Shown here piece by piece: positions 1-13,860 of a stretch of 64,000 nt of DNA (within the stretch, counting starts at the first letter, position 1; each line of letters starts with the position of its first letter). A model generated the notes under the pieces. It searched no databases. It saw nothing but the letters and a program-made list of their open reading frames with translations, and was not told the origin of the DNA. A program made the position numbers and the translations under genes. Source of the stretch: Felis catus (lineage: Eukaryota); assembly GCF_018350175.1 (NCBI RefSeq), contig NC_058368.1:40054001-40118000 (forward strand), in the 5' to 3' direction.

Positions 1-1853
1 ACACTATTGTGGTGAAAGCTGTATACTTTCATACATGAAATAATAAATATTACATGTATAATATTTATTGTTCTGGATCCCTTTACTATTTTTTTCTGAA
101 ACAAGTAAATGTGTCTTATTGAGGGCCATCTTTGAAAAATGTCACTATTCTTACTATGTAATGTATGTTCGGCACCACTTCAATAAAGTTTGGGTACAAC
201 AGAGACCCATCTCTTTCCTTAACATTCATAATTAATTTCCTATGGTGAAAAAAATGCCAGTGGCAATAAACAAGATGAAACCTGAAAATTTCACATATAC
301 GCAATTTGGATTGTTTTATTTTGTGCTAATTAATGCAGGCACGCAGGAATGTAACCTTTATTGTTAAATAAATGAGCTTCCTGGAAAAGTGCTTTGGTCA
401 ATGGTAATAAACCCAATACAGGACATTTTCCTGAGTCATTTATTTTTCATTTTGGATGCTTTATAATCTATTATTACTACCACTGATGAGTTTGCAATAT
501 GATGTATATTTAAAAGACTTAATGCAAGGTTGTTGTATATAATAACTATTGCTAAAGTCAGTAGCACTCATATGCTGGTATAGAATAATTGATTATAAAT
601 CTTTAAACTAAGAAGCAACAGTTCTACATGGATATAAATACCATTAAACATTCCACCTTATAGTCACAAAAATACATCTCAGAATTGGGGAATTTATTTT
701 TAAGTTCAGAGAAAATCTTCTAACTTATTCTGAGAGTTTAAACACTACAACATCATTATATTCACCAGTATACTCCAAACCCTAAATGGGTCCCACAAGT
801 TTGATAGGTTTTTTATTAATATCTGAAGTACCTTTTTTTAGTAAAATATCTTATCTTAGAAATGGGCAGATTACAATGAAACTTGAACATTTGCTGATTA
901 TCAAAATTAAAGTTTTCTGTATTTCTCATTACTTTAGGTATCAAATATAAATGTCATAGATTACCATACTATTTGCCCTATTTTTTAAAATTACTAACAT
1001 CTTCCTTTTCCATATACTCATGAAATGCTGTGTTAATGTTAACCTGAATGTCTTATTAAGTACATTAAGTAAATGAGAAGAAGTCTCTATCTAGATTGTT
1101 TACTATAGCTTTATAATAAGACAGATAATGTAAATTCTATAGTTGTGTTCTTTAAAAGTTATTTTGTAAGTTGGTTAGACTATTCTAAGTCCTGTGCATT
1201 TTCACATGAAGTAGAGTGTCGAGTTTTATAAAACATTCCTCTAAGATAATGATTGGGATTGTACTGAATCTATAGATAAATTGGCATGACAACTGGTCTC
1301 TTAAAAATATTGATTTTCCTGATTCATGAACAAGAGTTATCCCTTCATTTATCTGTCTTCTTTATTTTTTCATTTTTTTAATTTTTGGTATGCATTTGTC
1401 AGATTTACCTCTAAGAATTTCATAATGGCTGTACTATCATGAATGCTATTGTTTTGGTTTTCCAGTTATTCACTGTTAATATGGAGAAACCTAACTGATT
1501 ATACATATTGGCTTTCTATCCTAAAAATAGCTAAACTCACTTATTTGTGCCCTTTTTGTAGATCTTTTGAGATTCCTAAGAATTTCCATGTAGATTACAA
1601 TGTAATCTGCAAGTAGACAGCTGCTTTCCCATCTGGGTTCTTCTTGGGCTTGCTTACTGCGCTAACTAGAACCCCCATTATAACATGAAACAGAAATGGT
1701 GAGAGTTGTTAACCTGTCTGATTTTTCAGCTTAAAGTGAAAGCAGTTATTCTTTCCCCACTAAGTATGATTTTAGCCATAGGCTTTTCAGAGATGCTATT
1801 TATCAGTCGCAGAGGCTCGTAGTTTGCTGAGTTTTTAAAATCAAAAATAGATT

Positions 1854-2078
1854 GGGGTGCCTGGGTGGCTCAGTTGGTTAAGCATCCGACTTCGGCTCAG
1901 GTCATGATCTCACAATTTGTGGGTTGGAGCCCTGCATCGGGCCCTGTGCTGACAGCTTGGAGCCTGGAGCCTGCTTCGGTTTCTGTGTCTCCGTCTCTCT
2001 CTGCCCCTCCCCACTTGCGCTCTGTCTCTCTATCAAAAATAAATAAAATGTAAAAATAAATAAATAAATAAAAATTAA
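1854..2078 (+). mobile_element. Can-SINE (SINEC_Fc type)
   Basis: ggggtgcctgggtggctcag head, (CT)n tract, A-rich tail; TSD aaaatcaaaaatagat / aaaatcaagaatagat. Confidence 0.95.
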
Positions 2079-2249
2079 AAAATCAAGAATAGATATTAAA
2101 TTTTTCAAAAGCTTTTTTTTTTGCAAATATTGAAGTGACCATATTTTTTTTTCTGTAGCCTGTTAGTATGGTGAATTAAACTGGCTTATTAATGTTAAAC
2201 ATACGACGCTTTCTTATGGTTAATTCCATATGTTCATATTTAAATTTTC

Positions 2250-2352
2250 TTTTTTTAAGTTTATTTTGAGGAAGAGAGAGAGACAGAGAATGAAGTGGGG
2301 GAGGGACAGAGAGACGAGAGAGAATTCCAAGCAGGCTCTGCACTGACAGTGC
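2250..2352 (-). mobile_element. 5'-truncated Can-SINE fragment
   Basis: tttattttgag-(GA)n-gagaattccaagcaggctctgcactgacagtgca; tRNA-derived head absent. Confidence 0.85.
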
Positions 2353-2769
2353 ATCCCTGAATTATCTTTTTAATATATTGTTGTATCTGCATTTTGTACA
2401 GATATGTTCATTGGAGTTTTTGGTGTGCAGCTTTATTTTCTGGAATATCTTTGGCTTTGGTATCACACAAATGTTGAACTCAGAATGGATTGGAGATAGT
2501 CTATCCTCTTCAATTTTTTGAAATAATTTCTATCAAATTAGTATTCTTTTACTTGGTAGACTTGGAGTCAGCCAAGCCCGAGTTTTTCTTGTGAGAAAGT
2601 TTTAACTTACAAATCCAAATTTAATTAGATGTAGGGCTATTGAGATGCTTCTTTTTGAGTTAGCTTTGATAATCGGTTCTATTAAATAATTTGTCATTTC
2701 ATTATATTTGTTGAAATTAGGCTAACATCATTCATAACATCCCCATATCCATTTGAAAATTGACAAAAA

Positions 2770-3835
2770 TCATAAATAAAATGGCACTGAAGAGAATATA
2801 CAGGCAGCAAATAAACACATGACAACATATTAAACATCATTAGCCAATAGGAAAGTGCAAATTAAAACCACAATGAGAGGGGTGCCTGGGTGACTCAGGT
2901 CCAGCTTCAGCTCTGGTCTTGATCTCATGGTCAGTTGGTTCAAGGCCTGTGTAAGGCTCCATGCTGGCGATGCAGAGCCTGCTGGGGATTCTCTCTCTCC
3001 CTCTCTCTCTGCCCCTTCCCAATTCATGATCTCTCTGTAAATCAATAAATAAACTTAAAAAAAACAACACAATGAGATCACTATACAGCTATCAAAATGG
3101 CTAAATTAAATATATATAAACAATTTCAATGTTGGTAAGGATGCAAAGATACTGGAACATTCATACATTTCTGAGCAACAGTTTGGTAGTTACTTTAAAA
3201 GAAGGCAAAAAAAGAAAAAGCAAAATATAAAACTGCCACATGATCTGACCCAGTAATTGTACTCCTGGGCATTGGAATAATGAAAATTTCTGTTTTGTTC
3301 GTACAAAACAAGATGACACAATTATGTATAGCAGCTTCGTTTGTAACAGCCCCAAAGTGCAGACAATCCAACTACTGTTCAACTGGTAAATTGTTAACAA
3401 GCTTTGGAATACTATTCAGCTATATAACAAAATAAATAGTAAACTACTGGAGCATGCAGGCAGCAACCTGAATGAATATACCAAGACTTACGCTTTATGA
3501 AAAAATTCAGTCACAAATGATCATATGTTCTTGAAATCACTCTTGACATGACAGAACCATAGAAATGAGAAACAGATTAGTAGTCACTAGTGATTAAAGA
3601 GATAGGGTAGGAGGGATATGTGTCTGAGTATGAAAGGGCAGCTCGTGAGGCCCTTCTGGTGATGGAAATAATTTACATATTGACTTTACCAATGTCCTGG
3701 ATATTACATGGAAATATCATTTTGTAAGATCTTATCACTGGGAAGAACAGTGTAAATGGTACATGGGATCATTCTGCATTATTTCTTACAACTGCATGTA
3801 AATCTATAATTATCTCAATGAAAAGGTAAATTTTA
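2770..3835 (+). mobile_element. Old LINE-1 3' end (L1M-type), interrupted by a SINE
   Basis: aacatcattagccaataggaaagtgcaaattaaaaccacaatgaga, tgacccagtaattgtactcctgggcat, tttcttacaactgcatgtaaatctataattatctcaa. Confidence 0.75.
2879..3064 (+). mobile_element. Can-SINE
   Basis: ggggtgcctgggtgactcag head, CT tract, A tail; TSD cacaatgaga on both sides. Confidence 0.9.
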
Positions 3836-3851
3836 AAGATAGCCACATCTA

Positions 3852-4062
3852 GGGGTGCCTGGGTGGCTCAGTTGGTTGGGCGTCTGACTTTGGCTCAGGT
3901 TATGATCTTGGGGATCGTGAGTTTGAGCCCTGCGTTGGGCTCTGTGCTGGCAGCTCAGAGCCTGGAGCCTGCTTTGGATTCTGTGTCTCCCTCTTTCTCT
4001 GCCCCTCCCCTGCTCATGCTCTCTCTCTTTCTCTTAAAGATACATAAACATTAAAAAAATTT
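3852..4062 (+). mobile_element. Can-SINE
   Basis: Full head/body/tail; TSD taaagatagccacat / taaagatagccatat. Confidence 0.95.
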
Positions 4063-7000
4063 TAAAGATAGCCATATTTGGATAGTGGTTACCATATTGG
4101 GCAGCATGATTCTGAATCTTAACTATCATGTTCTATGCATAAATCTTTCCTACTATTTTGTAAAGACTTTAAACATGGGCTTTAGAAAATGAATATATTT
4201 AACTGAAGCATCTAGTATTTTGCTTATAGCATAATAGATAGCAAAAAGATGTTAATTTGGTGAATATTTTTTTACATTTTATTTTATATTTTGTTTCTTT
4301 CCTAAATTAGATTGTTAAGACCCAGGTGCTAAAATAAGAATTGTCTCCTTTTACGTCTGTAGTCCCAGCATAGCAGTGATTGTTTATAGGTTTAGCCTTA
4401 GAAATCTTCACAGCACAGTAAGTTTCTGTGCATTGAACTTACTGGCATAATGAGTAAGATTCCACCCTATAAATTGGCCCATTAGCACAAGTCCTGAGAG
4501 GGCTGACCTCCTGTGCGCACCAACAGACTACCTGCAGAGTACATGTGTGTGATTGTTTATTAAAGCAGAGAGAGGCCAAATGCAAGGGATTTCTGAAAAA
4601 GTGGATAGAACAGAAAGAGAGACTCTAGGGATAGTCTTTGCATAAGATACATTCATCTGTCAGAGGGCAGGACAGAACAGCCACGGGGGAGCGACTTTGG
4701 ATTTAAAAATCAAATTCTGTTTGGAGGATAGTCTACAGATAAGAAAAAACACTACTCTTAAGAGATTTTAGAAATATATAAAATACCAAGGTGAAACTCC
4801 TGGGCAGGGCCAAATTTGGAAGTCAAATCTGATAACTGTAGCATAAAAAATAGAGTTCAGGTTAAATTCATAGGGTAAAGTTAATTATCCAACCTCCAAC
4901 TCTTTTTTCTTCCATTATTGTGAATTAAAAGGGCCTTAAGTATATCCTGTCTCAGGTTATAATTACTCTTACTCAGGTTAAGATTACCTTTAAGAGCATA
5001 TTTTTAATGTCCTTAGAAATCACCTAAGTTGAAAATTAAAAATGCAGATTCCTGTGCTTATCATAAACTATTATCATTAAGTACATCCCGTGTGTACCAC
5101 AGGTATCTGCATGATAGTGAACAGCTCATATCGTATAATAACAACGCAGGTAATTGGACCAGACTTAGAAAGGAATATTGCTCTACACCTGAGGAAGAAC
5201 TAATTCTCCAGGAGAGTTAAAACATCTCTACCTGTTGAGAAGACAAGGTAATAACAGAGGTAACAATATTCACAAAAATGCCCTTTGATAACTACTTATG
5301 CATCTACCAGGAGATATATTTCTTGTGAGTCCAAGACTTGGGGCTTTATACTAATTTGCATGACTAACTTAAATTAATAGAATTAATTATCCATAGAGCA
5401 TACCTCAATTTGCCTTTCTATGACACCTCATTTTTCCTGTGTCTCAATGTAAGGTATTGGGAAACAGGGAGCACATGATTTTGGATAATAAGTTGTTGAA
5501 CCCTGTGGAGAGCAGTTTATTATAATGAGTCACCTTTTGATTCTTGGAACTAGGAGAAACTAGGTTGCTTCTCCAAGATGTACTGATCATAACCTTTGTA
5601 GAATTCATACCAACAAGGCTAAATGAATGGAGTATGTAAATTAAGGCAGTTATATATGTTGTCAGTTTGCCTTGCTAACCTTCACTAAATCTGAAGTCAC
5701 TGCTCTCATTAATTCTTCATCTTCTCAAGTTAATTAACTAGTATGTGGTTCAGTGTCCTCATTTTTAAAAATGAAATAATAGTACTTTATTAATAGAAGG
5801 TGTTATGGTGGTTGATTACTTTTTCATGAAACTCTGCAAGATTAGTGAAAGAAATGGTGCCAAATTTAAATCATGTTTAACATTGCATTTTAACATTTTA
5901 ATTACATTTGTAAAATTTACAGTTAAATGGTAACTATAGCACAGGATAAATTTATATCAGGCTATTACAGTAATAGTGTATACTAGGTCTCCACTACCTG
6001 GTTTATATTCAGGCAAATTCTACTTGCCACTCAAAGCACAGCTCTTACAAATATAAATTAAAATTCTCTTTTCATTATACACCCAAACTCTTTTGGGCAT
6101 TGTAGTATTTTGAGATAATTTGAAATGCTTTTGAAGGCTGATACAAATTGAAAAATACGTATCTATGGCCATAAGGAAGTTTTGAGCAGGGTCATTTATA
6201 TTTATATATGAATAATTTGCCTTAAGTGGCAAAATTTGAAGTTTATTTTTTTTAATTTAGTAAGTAAAAAAAACCCTAAATCTCATAAACAATTGTTTTC
6301 CTAGTTACATGCAGATAGGAAAATATTTTTATAATTAGCATATTAATTAAAATGGATTTAGCCTTTCTGCTTCTGTAGATTTATTGGTGCTATGATAATT
6401 TCTATACATATCTGACTGTGTAAACTTTTTGTATTTGCATCTAATATGCAAAGACAGATAGAGCTAACAGTGACTTTTATTTTCTTATTGGTTTATTGTC
6501 TACTTTCTCTTTCAAGATATAGATCTACTTTCTCTTTCTCGAAAAATAATTTTGTACTTGGCCTTTGTAATATTCTCCTTGATTTCCCTGGCTGCTTTTT
6601 CTTAGTTTCCCTCATTGGATGTATCTCCTTTGTTTTATTTCTAAGTGGTGTTGGGTTAGAGATTAGTCCAAAGTCCCATTTTTACCTTATGCATAGTATC
6701 AACAGATACTCATTTTGTTCTGCTTCTTTAAATGCTATCTATATGCTGATGACTAAAAAAATTATAACTCTGACTTTCTACTGAACTCCATAGCCACATA
6801 CATAATTGTTGATGGAGTCTCTGTGAAATATATAATTCATCTCCTTTAACCATTTCTTTCCCAAATTTATCCATCTACTTAATGGTGTCACCCATCAGTT
6901 GTTCAATGCCAAATTGTCGAAATAATATTTAACTCCTATTTTTAAAACTTTCATTTACAATACGTTAGCAACAACTTGAGCTCTGCATATAGAGTCTTCC

Positions 7001-7318
7001 TTGAACATCAAGGTCCCAGGACACTGACCTTTTTAGTACCCTTGTAATTTACTGTAATTTCCCAGTTAACAGGTAAGCTCTATGATAGCAAGATCAGTAT
7101 CTATCTCTTTTATGATTATGCCTACAGAGCCACCTATCAAATATAACAAGTATAAAAACATATGTTTTTTAAATAAATGTCATGGTAATGCATAATTAAT
7201 TATCAATTGTTGCATCCCTTTTACTCTACCTGCACTATAGCTTATTTAATTTTACATGCAGAATTTCTAAGCTAAGAAATTAAAGAACTAAAACAGAAAT
7301 CTTAAAATTTGTATAAAA

Positions 7319-7319
<1 letters not shown>

Positions 7320-7361
<42 letters not shown>
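7320..7361. repeat. (CA)n microsatellite inside L1
   Basis: About 20 uninterrupted CA units. Confidence 0.97.
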
Positions 7362-8005
7362 AAATAGCCAAAGCAATCTTGAGAAAGAAAAACAAAAACC
7401 CCAGATTTCAAGATACACTACACGACTATAATAATCAAAACAGTGTAGTACTGGTACAAAAACAGACACATAGACCAATGGAACAGATTGAGAGCCCAGA
7501 AATAAATCCATGCATAAACGGCCAACTAATCTATGACAAATTAGGCAAGAAAATGTAATGGGAAGAAGGTAGTCTCTTTAATAAATGGTGTCAGGAAGAC
7601 TGAACAGCCGCAGGCAAAAGAATGAAATTAGATCACTTTCTTACACCATACACAAAAATGAACCCCAAATGGATTAAAGAACTAAATGTAAGACATGAAA
7701 ACATAAAACCCCTAAAAGTAAATATAGACATTAATCTCTTGGCCACCCGGCTTAGCAATATTTTTCTGGATTTGTCTCCTCAGGCAAGGAAAACAAATAA
7801 TTGAGTCTACCTTAAACTACACATTAAACTGAAAAGCACAGCAAAAGACACCACCAACATGACAAAAAGGCAACCTACTGAATGAGAAAATATTTACAAA
7901 TGGTGTATCTAATAAAGGATTAATATTCAAAGTACATAAAGAACTCATACAACTCAACACCAAAGACACAATCCAAGTAAAATATCCAGATTATTTTAAT
8001 AATCC

Positions 8006-8055
8006 AATAAAAATAAAATAAAATAAAATAAAATAAGATAAAATAAAATAAAATG
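8006..8055. repeat. (TAAAA)n pentanucleotide repeat inside L1
   Basis: aaaataaaataaaataaaata... run. Confidence 0.9.
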
Positions 8056-8241
8056 AAAAAATCCAATTAAAAAGTGGGCAGGAGATCTAAATAGACATTT
8101 TCCCAAAGAAGACAATATACATGGCCAACAGACACATGAAAAAATGCTCAACATCATTAATCAGGGAAATGCAAATCAAACCCACAATGAGATATCATCT
8201 CACACAAATCTAAATGATTACAATCAAAAACACAAGAAATT

Positions 8242-8423
8242 GGGTGCCTGAGTGGTTGTCAGTTAAGTATCTGACTCTTGATTTTGGCTCAGGTCATGAT
8301 CTCATGCATCCTGAGATCAAGTGCCACTATGGGCTTTGGGCTAATAGCTTGGCTTTCTCTGTCTCCCTCACTCTCTGCACCACCACCATTTCTCCCCCTC
8401 CCTGCTCTAAATAATAAATAAAT

Positions 8424-8464
<41 letters not shown>

Positions 8465-8478
8465 AACCTAAAAAAAAA
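8242..8478 (+). mobile_element. Can-SINE nested in L1, with (GATA)n in its tail
   Basis: gggtgcctgagtgg head; about 10 GATA units at 8424-8463; L1 sequence resumes afterwards. Confidence 0.9.
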
Positions 8479-9365
8479 GACAAAAAATAAAAAATGTTGC
8501 CAAAGATGTGGAGAAAAGGGAATCCTTGTGTACTGATGGTGGAAATGTAGATTAGTGCAACCATTGTTGAAAAGAGTGGAGGCTCCTCAAAACACTAAAA
8601 ATGGAAGTACCATATAATCCAGTATTTCTACTTCTGGGTATTCACCTGAAGAAAACAAAAATACTAATTTGGAAACATATATGTACCCCAATGTTTAGTG
8701 CAGCATTATTTGCAATAGCTAAGATATGGAAGCAACCTAAGTGCCCACTGATAAATGAATGGATAAAGAAAATGTGATATATATACACAATGGAATATGA
8801 CTCAGCCATAAAAACAAATGAAATCTTGTCATTTGCAACAACCTGAATGGACCTAGAGAGTACTATGTTAGGTGAAATAAGCCAGACAAAGGAAGACAAA
8901 TACCATATGATATCAGTTATATATGGAATCTAAAAAACAAAACAAACAAGAAAAATGAGAGAAGCAGATTCATAAATGTAGAGAACAAACTGATGGTTGT
9001 CAAAGGGGAAGGTTTGGGGGGATGCGTGCAATGGATGAGGGCATTAAGAACTACAATCTTCCATTTATAAGATAAATAAGTCACCGGGAAAAAATTATAG
9101 CTAGGTGATGTAAGCAATATTATTGTAATATACTTATTGTGGCAAGCATTTCATAATGTATGTAGTTGTTGAGTCACTATGTTGTTAACCTGAAACTAAT
9201 TTAATATTATGTCAAATATACTTACATTAAAAATAAAGAAAATTTACAAAAAGAGTTTGAAGCAATATTCCCAGCCTTCCTTAATGCAATCCTTCCAAAG
9301 CTTTGACTTACAATATGTGAAACAACTTACACGTGTGAAACAACTATAAATTGTATTAAAATATA

Positions 9366-9468
9366 ATTTCTGATTCAGAAGATCTGGAGTAGGGCTTGAA
9401 ATTTTGCATTCTTAACAAGCTCCAAAATGAAATCGACATTATTTGCCCGACCACTCTTTCAGTGGCAA
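9366..9468. mobile_element. MER5-like hAT-Charlie MITE fragment
   Basis: tttctgattcagaagatctggagtagggcttgaaattttgcattcttaacaagctcc resembles recalled MER5A consensus. Confidence 0.65.
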
Positions 9469-9711
9469 ATTTTTAAAGACTTCTATCAGTCAATATTCTA
9501 AACTTTATGATGGAAATACTGTGAGCAATAAGTCAAGTGAAATTTGGAGGATCAAAATACTACTGAATAATTTTTCTCCAACCCTACATTTTCATTGTAA
9601 TATTTGCATGGCCACATGCATGCTTTCACAATTCATATTAGAGTATTTTAAAAGCTAGCTTTGGTATGAATTATATTACTTATAATGTGAATAAGAGTCT
9701 TTCTCTTTAAC

Positions 9712-9942
9712 TTTTTTTAAATTTTTTTAATTAAAAAAAATTTTTTTAATGTTTATTTATTTTTGACAGAGACAGAGCATGAGCAGGGGAGGGGCAGAGA
9801 GAGAGGGAGACACAGAATCCAAAGCAGGCTCCAGGCTGTGAGCTCAGCACAGAGCCCGATGCAGGGCTCGAACTCACAGATGGTGAGATCATGACCTTAG
9901 CTGAAGTCGGACGCTCAACCAACTGAGACACCCAGGCGCCCC
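9712..9942 (-). mobile_element. Can-SINE
   Basis: T tail, (GA) tract, ends cacccaggcgcccc. Confidence 0.95.
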
Positions 9943-10710
9943 TAAATACCTTTAATAACAATTTCACACGTTAAGTTCATTTCCAGTCACCTGCATGTTG
10001 GTTAATATTCCTCTGTAGAGCTAAGTGACAAAACATTCTGAAGTAATTAATATCAAGACAGATATTTTTGTAAATTGAGGGTAAGATACACAGCTTAAGA
10101 ATTTATCACTCAGTACAAATATGAAGATACGCGTAACACGATGATTTCTTCTTGGAAGCAATCTTTTGCAGTGATTGAATGTTGTATAAGTTTAGCATTT
10201 TAGTATTACAGTCTCCTAGAAATTAAGATATTTTTCTGAGGAAAAGTTTCTGTCTAGGTCATTATAAAAGTGGATTAGTAGAATAATTCTGGGAAATCTG
10301 CATTTTGCTAAATGTTATGCTTATCTGAGGATTAATAGATAATGCTATTTATTATTAAAGTCATTTTAATTGACAAAACAACATTAAAACTAAAATATAA
10401 TGAAAATTTCAAAAATATATACTAACCAACGAAGTCATTTGAAGTTATTACAATTATTAGTTACACTGCACATTATTTTTTAAGCTGTAACATCAGACAC
10501 TATAAAAATTTTTTGATGATATGCAATTTACATTAATTTGGTCAGTAAAAAATTAAAACAAATTTTATATGGGGAAAGAAAATCATTTAAACTGTGGAAA
10601 TTCATGTGCAAATAAATATTTTCTTCTGTTTTTAACAACTGTACAATAGCATTTATGATTTAAGAGTTCTGCAGATAGCATTAGCTCTATTAAGAACAAT
10701 AAGATAATCA

Positions 10711-10891
10711 GGAGCACCTAGGTGGCTCAGTTGGTTAAGTGTATGATTTCAGCTCAGGTCATTATCTCACAGTTTGTGAGTTCAAGCCCCACATTGGGAA
10801 TCTGCTGTGAGCACACAGCCCACTTTGAATCCTTTGTCGCCTCGCTCTGTGCCTCTCTCACTCAAAAATAAATCAATAAATACATAAATAA
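10711..10891 (+). mobile_element. Can-SINE
   Basis: ggagcacctaggtggctcag head; degenerate TSD aagaacaataagataatca / aagaataattagagaatca. Confidence 0.9.
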
Positions 10892-11091
10892 AAGAATAAT
10901 TAGAGAATCAGAAATTAATTCCTGCATTTTTTAATTTTGAAATTATATTTTGAAATTAGGCTAAATATTTGGGTCTTTTACTCATGAAGTTATTGTAAAA
11001 GAGAAAAAAAAGTAGTGTTTAAATACACAATCAAAACTTTTCTAACTGGAATAGTGTTAAGATTATTTTTAACTTTTAAGTATAATGAGTA

Positions 11092-11312
11092 TTTTTTTAA
11101 TGTTTTATTTATTTATTCTGAGAAAGAGAGAGAGAGCACGAGTGGGAGTAGGGGCAGAGACAGAGAGAGAGACAGAGAGAGAGAATCCCAAGCAGGCTCC
11201 ACTCTGTCAGCTCAGAGACAGATGTGGGGCTCAAACCCAGGAACTATGAGTTCATGACCTAAGCTGAAATCAAGACTTGGATGCTAAACTGACTGAGCCA
11301 CCTAGGTGCCCC
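11092..11312 (-). mobile_element. Can-SINE
   Basis: T tail, GA tract, ends gagccacctaggtgcccc. Confidence 0.95.
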
Positions 11313-11740
11313 TAGAAGGAATATTTTAGAGTAATTAGGTACTTAGAATAAAATTTTGGTAAGCCTTTGACTGTTATGAGAGTAATATAGCATAGTTATG
11401 AACATCAAGTTGATAGTCATTTATAATCATATTTGGCTTATAAAAATAGCAGAAAAAATAGATTTTTTCACATTCCTGATATTTTTAACTTATCTTTTCT
11501 CTCCATAGGACATTTTAAATACCTGTGAAAGAAAAAAAATTCAATGAATTCTCACAAGTCTCACACATAGTTATGAGATGTATTTCGTAAAAGGTGTTCA
11601 AACATATACAGTTTTGATATTTTCGGAGATTTAAATAACTACTTTTATAATGATAGGTGAAGTATTATTTAGAACTTGAAAATATCTACAAATTAAAGGA
11701 TCCTGAAGTGCTTGAGGATTTTTCCAAACTAATAAATTCC

Positions 11741-11914
11741 AGGGCACCTGGGTGGTTCAATCAGTTGAGCATCTGACTCTTGATTTCATCTCAGACCGTG
11801 ATCTTGGGGTCATAAGCCCCACATCAGGCTCAGTGCTGAGCATGAATCCTGATTAAGATTCTCTCTCCTTCTTTCTGCCCTTCTTTCCTGTTAGTGCTCT
11901 CTCTCTCTCAAAAA

Positions 11915-11990
<76 letters not shown>
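11741..11990 (+). mobile_element. Can-SINE with compound (TAAA)n(TAAG)n tail
   Basis: gggcacctgggtggttcaatcag head; tetranucleotide tail ~11914-11991. Confidence 0.92.
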
Positions 11991-11992
<2 letters not shown>

Positions 11993-12653
11993 TCAATTTG
12001 TTGAGTATCTATTCCTTAGGAGGAAACTTTATGTTCCTTTACTCATGTCCCCATGGAAGAAAGAATTATTTAGGAGAAATAACTCAGGTCTCTCTATCTC
12101 CTTTCTTTATATCACATATTTCCATATGAGAAAGTGTCATTTACCTGTCAATGTGGAAAGAAGAAATAGCCTTTTTCTCTGGGAGAAGCATATCTTATTT
12201 TCTCCTCAGCTACGAGTAAGTGTTCTATCAACAATGGAGACGTCTACCATTGTCCAGTTCTACCTGTGACAGATAATAACTTGATAAGTAGTGGAATGTG
12301 TATGTGTGTTGGGAACAGGAAGGGAAAGTTAATGGAAGTTTTGAGTATTTTCAAGTACATTTGGTAACAGATCACAACCTTGTTCTGCAAGCAATTTGGC
12401 ATGATTAATAGTGATAGGATTGGAAACTTGCTAAATTAATATATGCAAAGAGTACCAAACAAAATATTTTTGATGTGTAAATGTTAGCCCCTGTCACCAT
12501 TATTATTATTATATTGAGCAACATATTTTGATCTCCATATATCTCAGTCTTTTGCCTCAACTGGTTCCATTAAGGAGGGTAAGGGAGATGTGTTGTTATT
12601 GATCCATTGAACATCAGGAGAATCGTTACAAGCTCTATAGTAGAGTAACCCTA

Positions 12654-12880
12654 GGGGCACCTGGGTGGCTCAGTCGGTTAAGCGTCCAACTTTAGCTCAG
12701 GTCATGATCTCGTGGTCCATGGGTTCAAGCCCTGCATCGGGCTCTGTGCTGACAGCTCAGAGCCTGGAGCCTGTTTCAGATTCTGTGTCTCCCTCTCTCT
12801 CTGATACTCCCCCATTCATGCTCTGTCTCTGTCTCAAAAATAAATAAGCAGTAAAAAGAAAAAGTTAAAATAAAAAAAGA
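12654..12880 (+). mobile_element. Can-SINE
   Basis: Full element; perfect 12-bp TSD agagtaacccta (12642-12653, 12881-12892). Confidence 0.97.
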
Positions 12881-13246
12881 AGAGTAACCCTAAAAAAACA
12901 GAGAGAGTAGATGACCTAACCTTGGAATCTAATATATATCAGCTAGATACAAGAGCTTGTACCCTTCCTTATTCCTCAGTGCCTCTCAGAAGTTAACTTA
13001 TAATGAATCAAAATACAACTCAAAGTCTCCCCCCCCCATTATATAGTAAGAGCAAAAACAACAACAAAAATAAACTCTTTTTTCAGATATTTATGTTGTG
13101 ATGGATTCTATCTGAAATGCCAGAAGTTGTATTTTTCCATTTAAGACTTCAAAAATTTAATAACACTCAAGAAAAAAGTTAATGACATTCAGCTTAATGG
13201 ACATGAAAACAACATTGGCACTTGTGTCACCACTTTCACAAAGCTA

Positions 13247-13477
13247 TTTTTTAAAAATTAAAAAAAAATTTTTTAAGTTTATTTATTTTTGAGGGAGAGA
13301 GAGAGCGCGCACAAGCAGGGGAGGGGCAGAGAGAGAGAGGGAGACACAGAACCTGAAGCAGGCTCCAAGCTCTGAGCTGTCAGTGTAGGGCCTGACACAG
13401 GGCTTGAACCCACAAACCATGAGATCATGACCTGAGCCAAAGTCAGACACTTAACAAACTGAGCCACCAGGTGCCCC
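13247..13477 (-). mobile_element. Can-SINE
   Basis: T tail, GA tract, ends gagccaccaggtgcccc. Confidence 0.95.
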
Positions 13478-13839
13478 TATAAAACCATTTTAAAAGTGAA
13501 GTGATGATATTGTTTTCTTCTGGTGTCCAATATTAAGACAAAAGTTCAGAATTCAGATTGATGTTAATGTTTTTCAATGTATACTTGTTGATGTAATGGG
13601 TATAGACATGATCAGTTATCATTTACAGTATATTTTAATAATGCCTTGCCTTTAAACATTAATTATCATGTTACTATGATCATTTATTTTTTCAGATTTT
13701 GCTCAATGTTCTTATAAAAATTGTTAAATATTCTATTCCAATGTTCATTTTACTTGTTTTATTACTTGGCTTTGAAGTTATTCAGTTGTACATCTCTGCA
13801 GTAGTCTTATAAGTGCTCCCCACATTGTTCTTTTTTCAG

Positions 13840-13860
13840 GTCCGTTCAACAGCTGTCATG
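13840..13860 (+). other. Candidate 21-nt micro-exon (unverified)
   Basis: ttgttcttttttcag|GTCCGTTCAACAGCTGTCATG|gtaagt: pyrimidine tract + CAG acceptor and consensus donor; no internal stop in any frame. Confidence 0.3.

Larger units (their letters stand above)
1140..2750 (-). mobile_element. Old, degraded LINE-1 fragment (ORF2 region, antisense), interrupted by SINEs
   Basis: T-rich antisense L1 motifs such as gattgggattgtactgaatctatagataaattgg, gaaacagaaatggtgagag and ttccccactaagtatgattttagccatagg; boundaries approximate. Confidence 0.7.
7283..9240 (+). mobile_element. 5'-truncated LINE-1 (ORF2 C-terminus plus 3' UTR), non-functional
   Basis: ORF 7622-7804 MKLDHFLTPYTKMNPKWIKELNVR resembles L1 ORF2 ([23 protein letters not shown]); aaatagccaaagcaatcttgag; L1 3' UTR with A-rich end; many stops/frameshifts. 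Confidence 0.92.

Noticed and set aside
6446..6784. 112-aa hydrophobic ORF
   Set aside because: T-rich low-complexity sequence resembling decayed L2; no recognisable protein similarity or splice structure.
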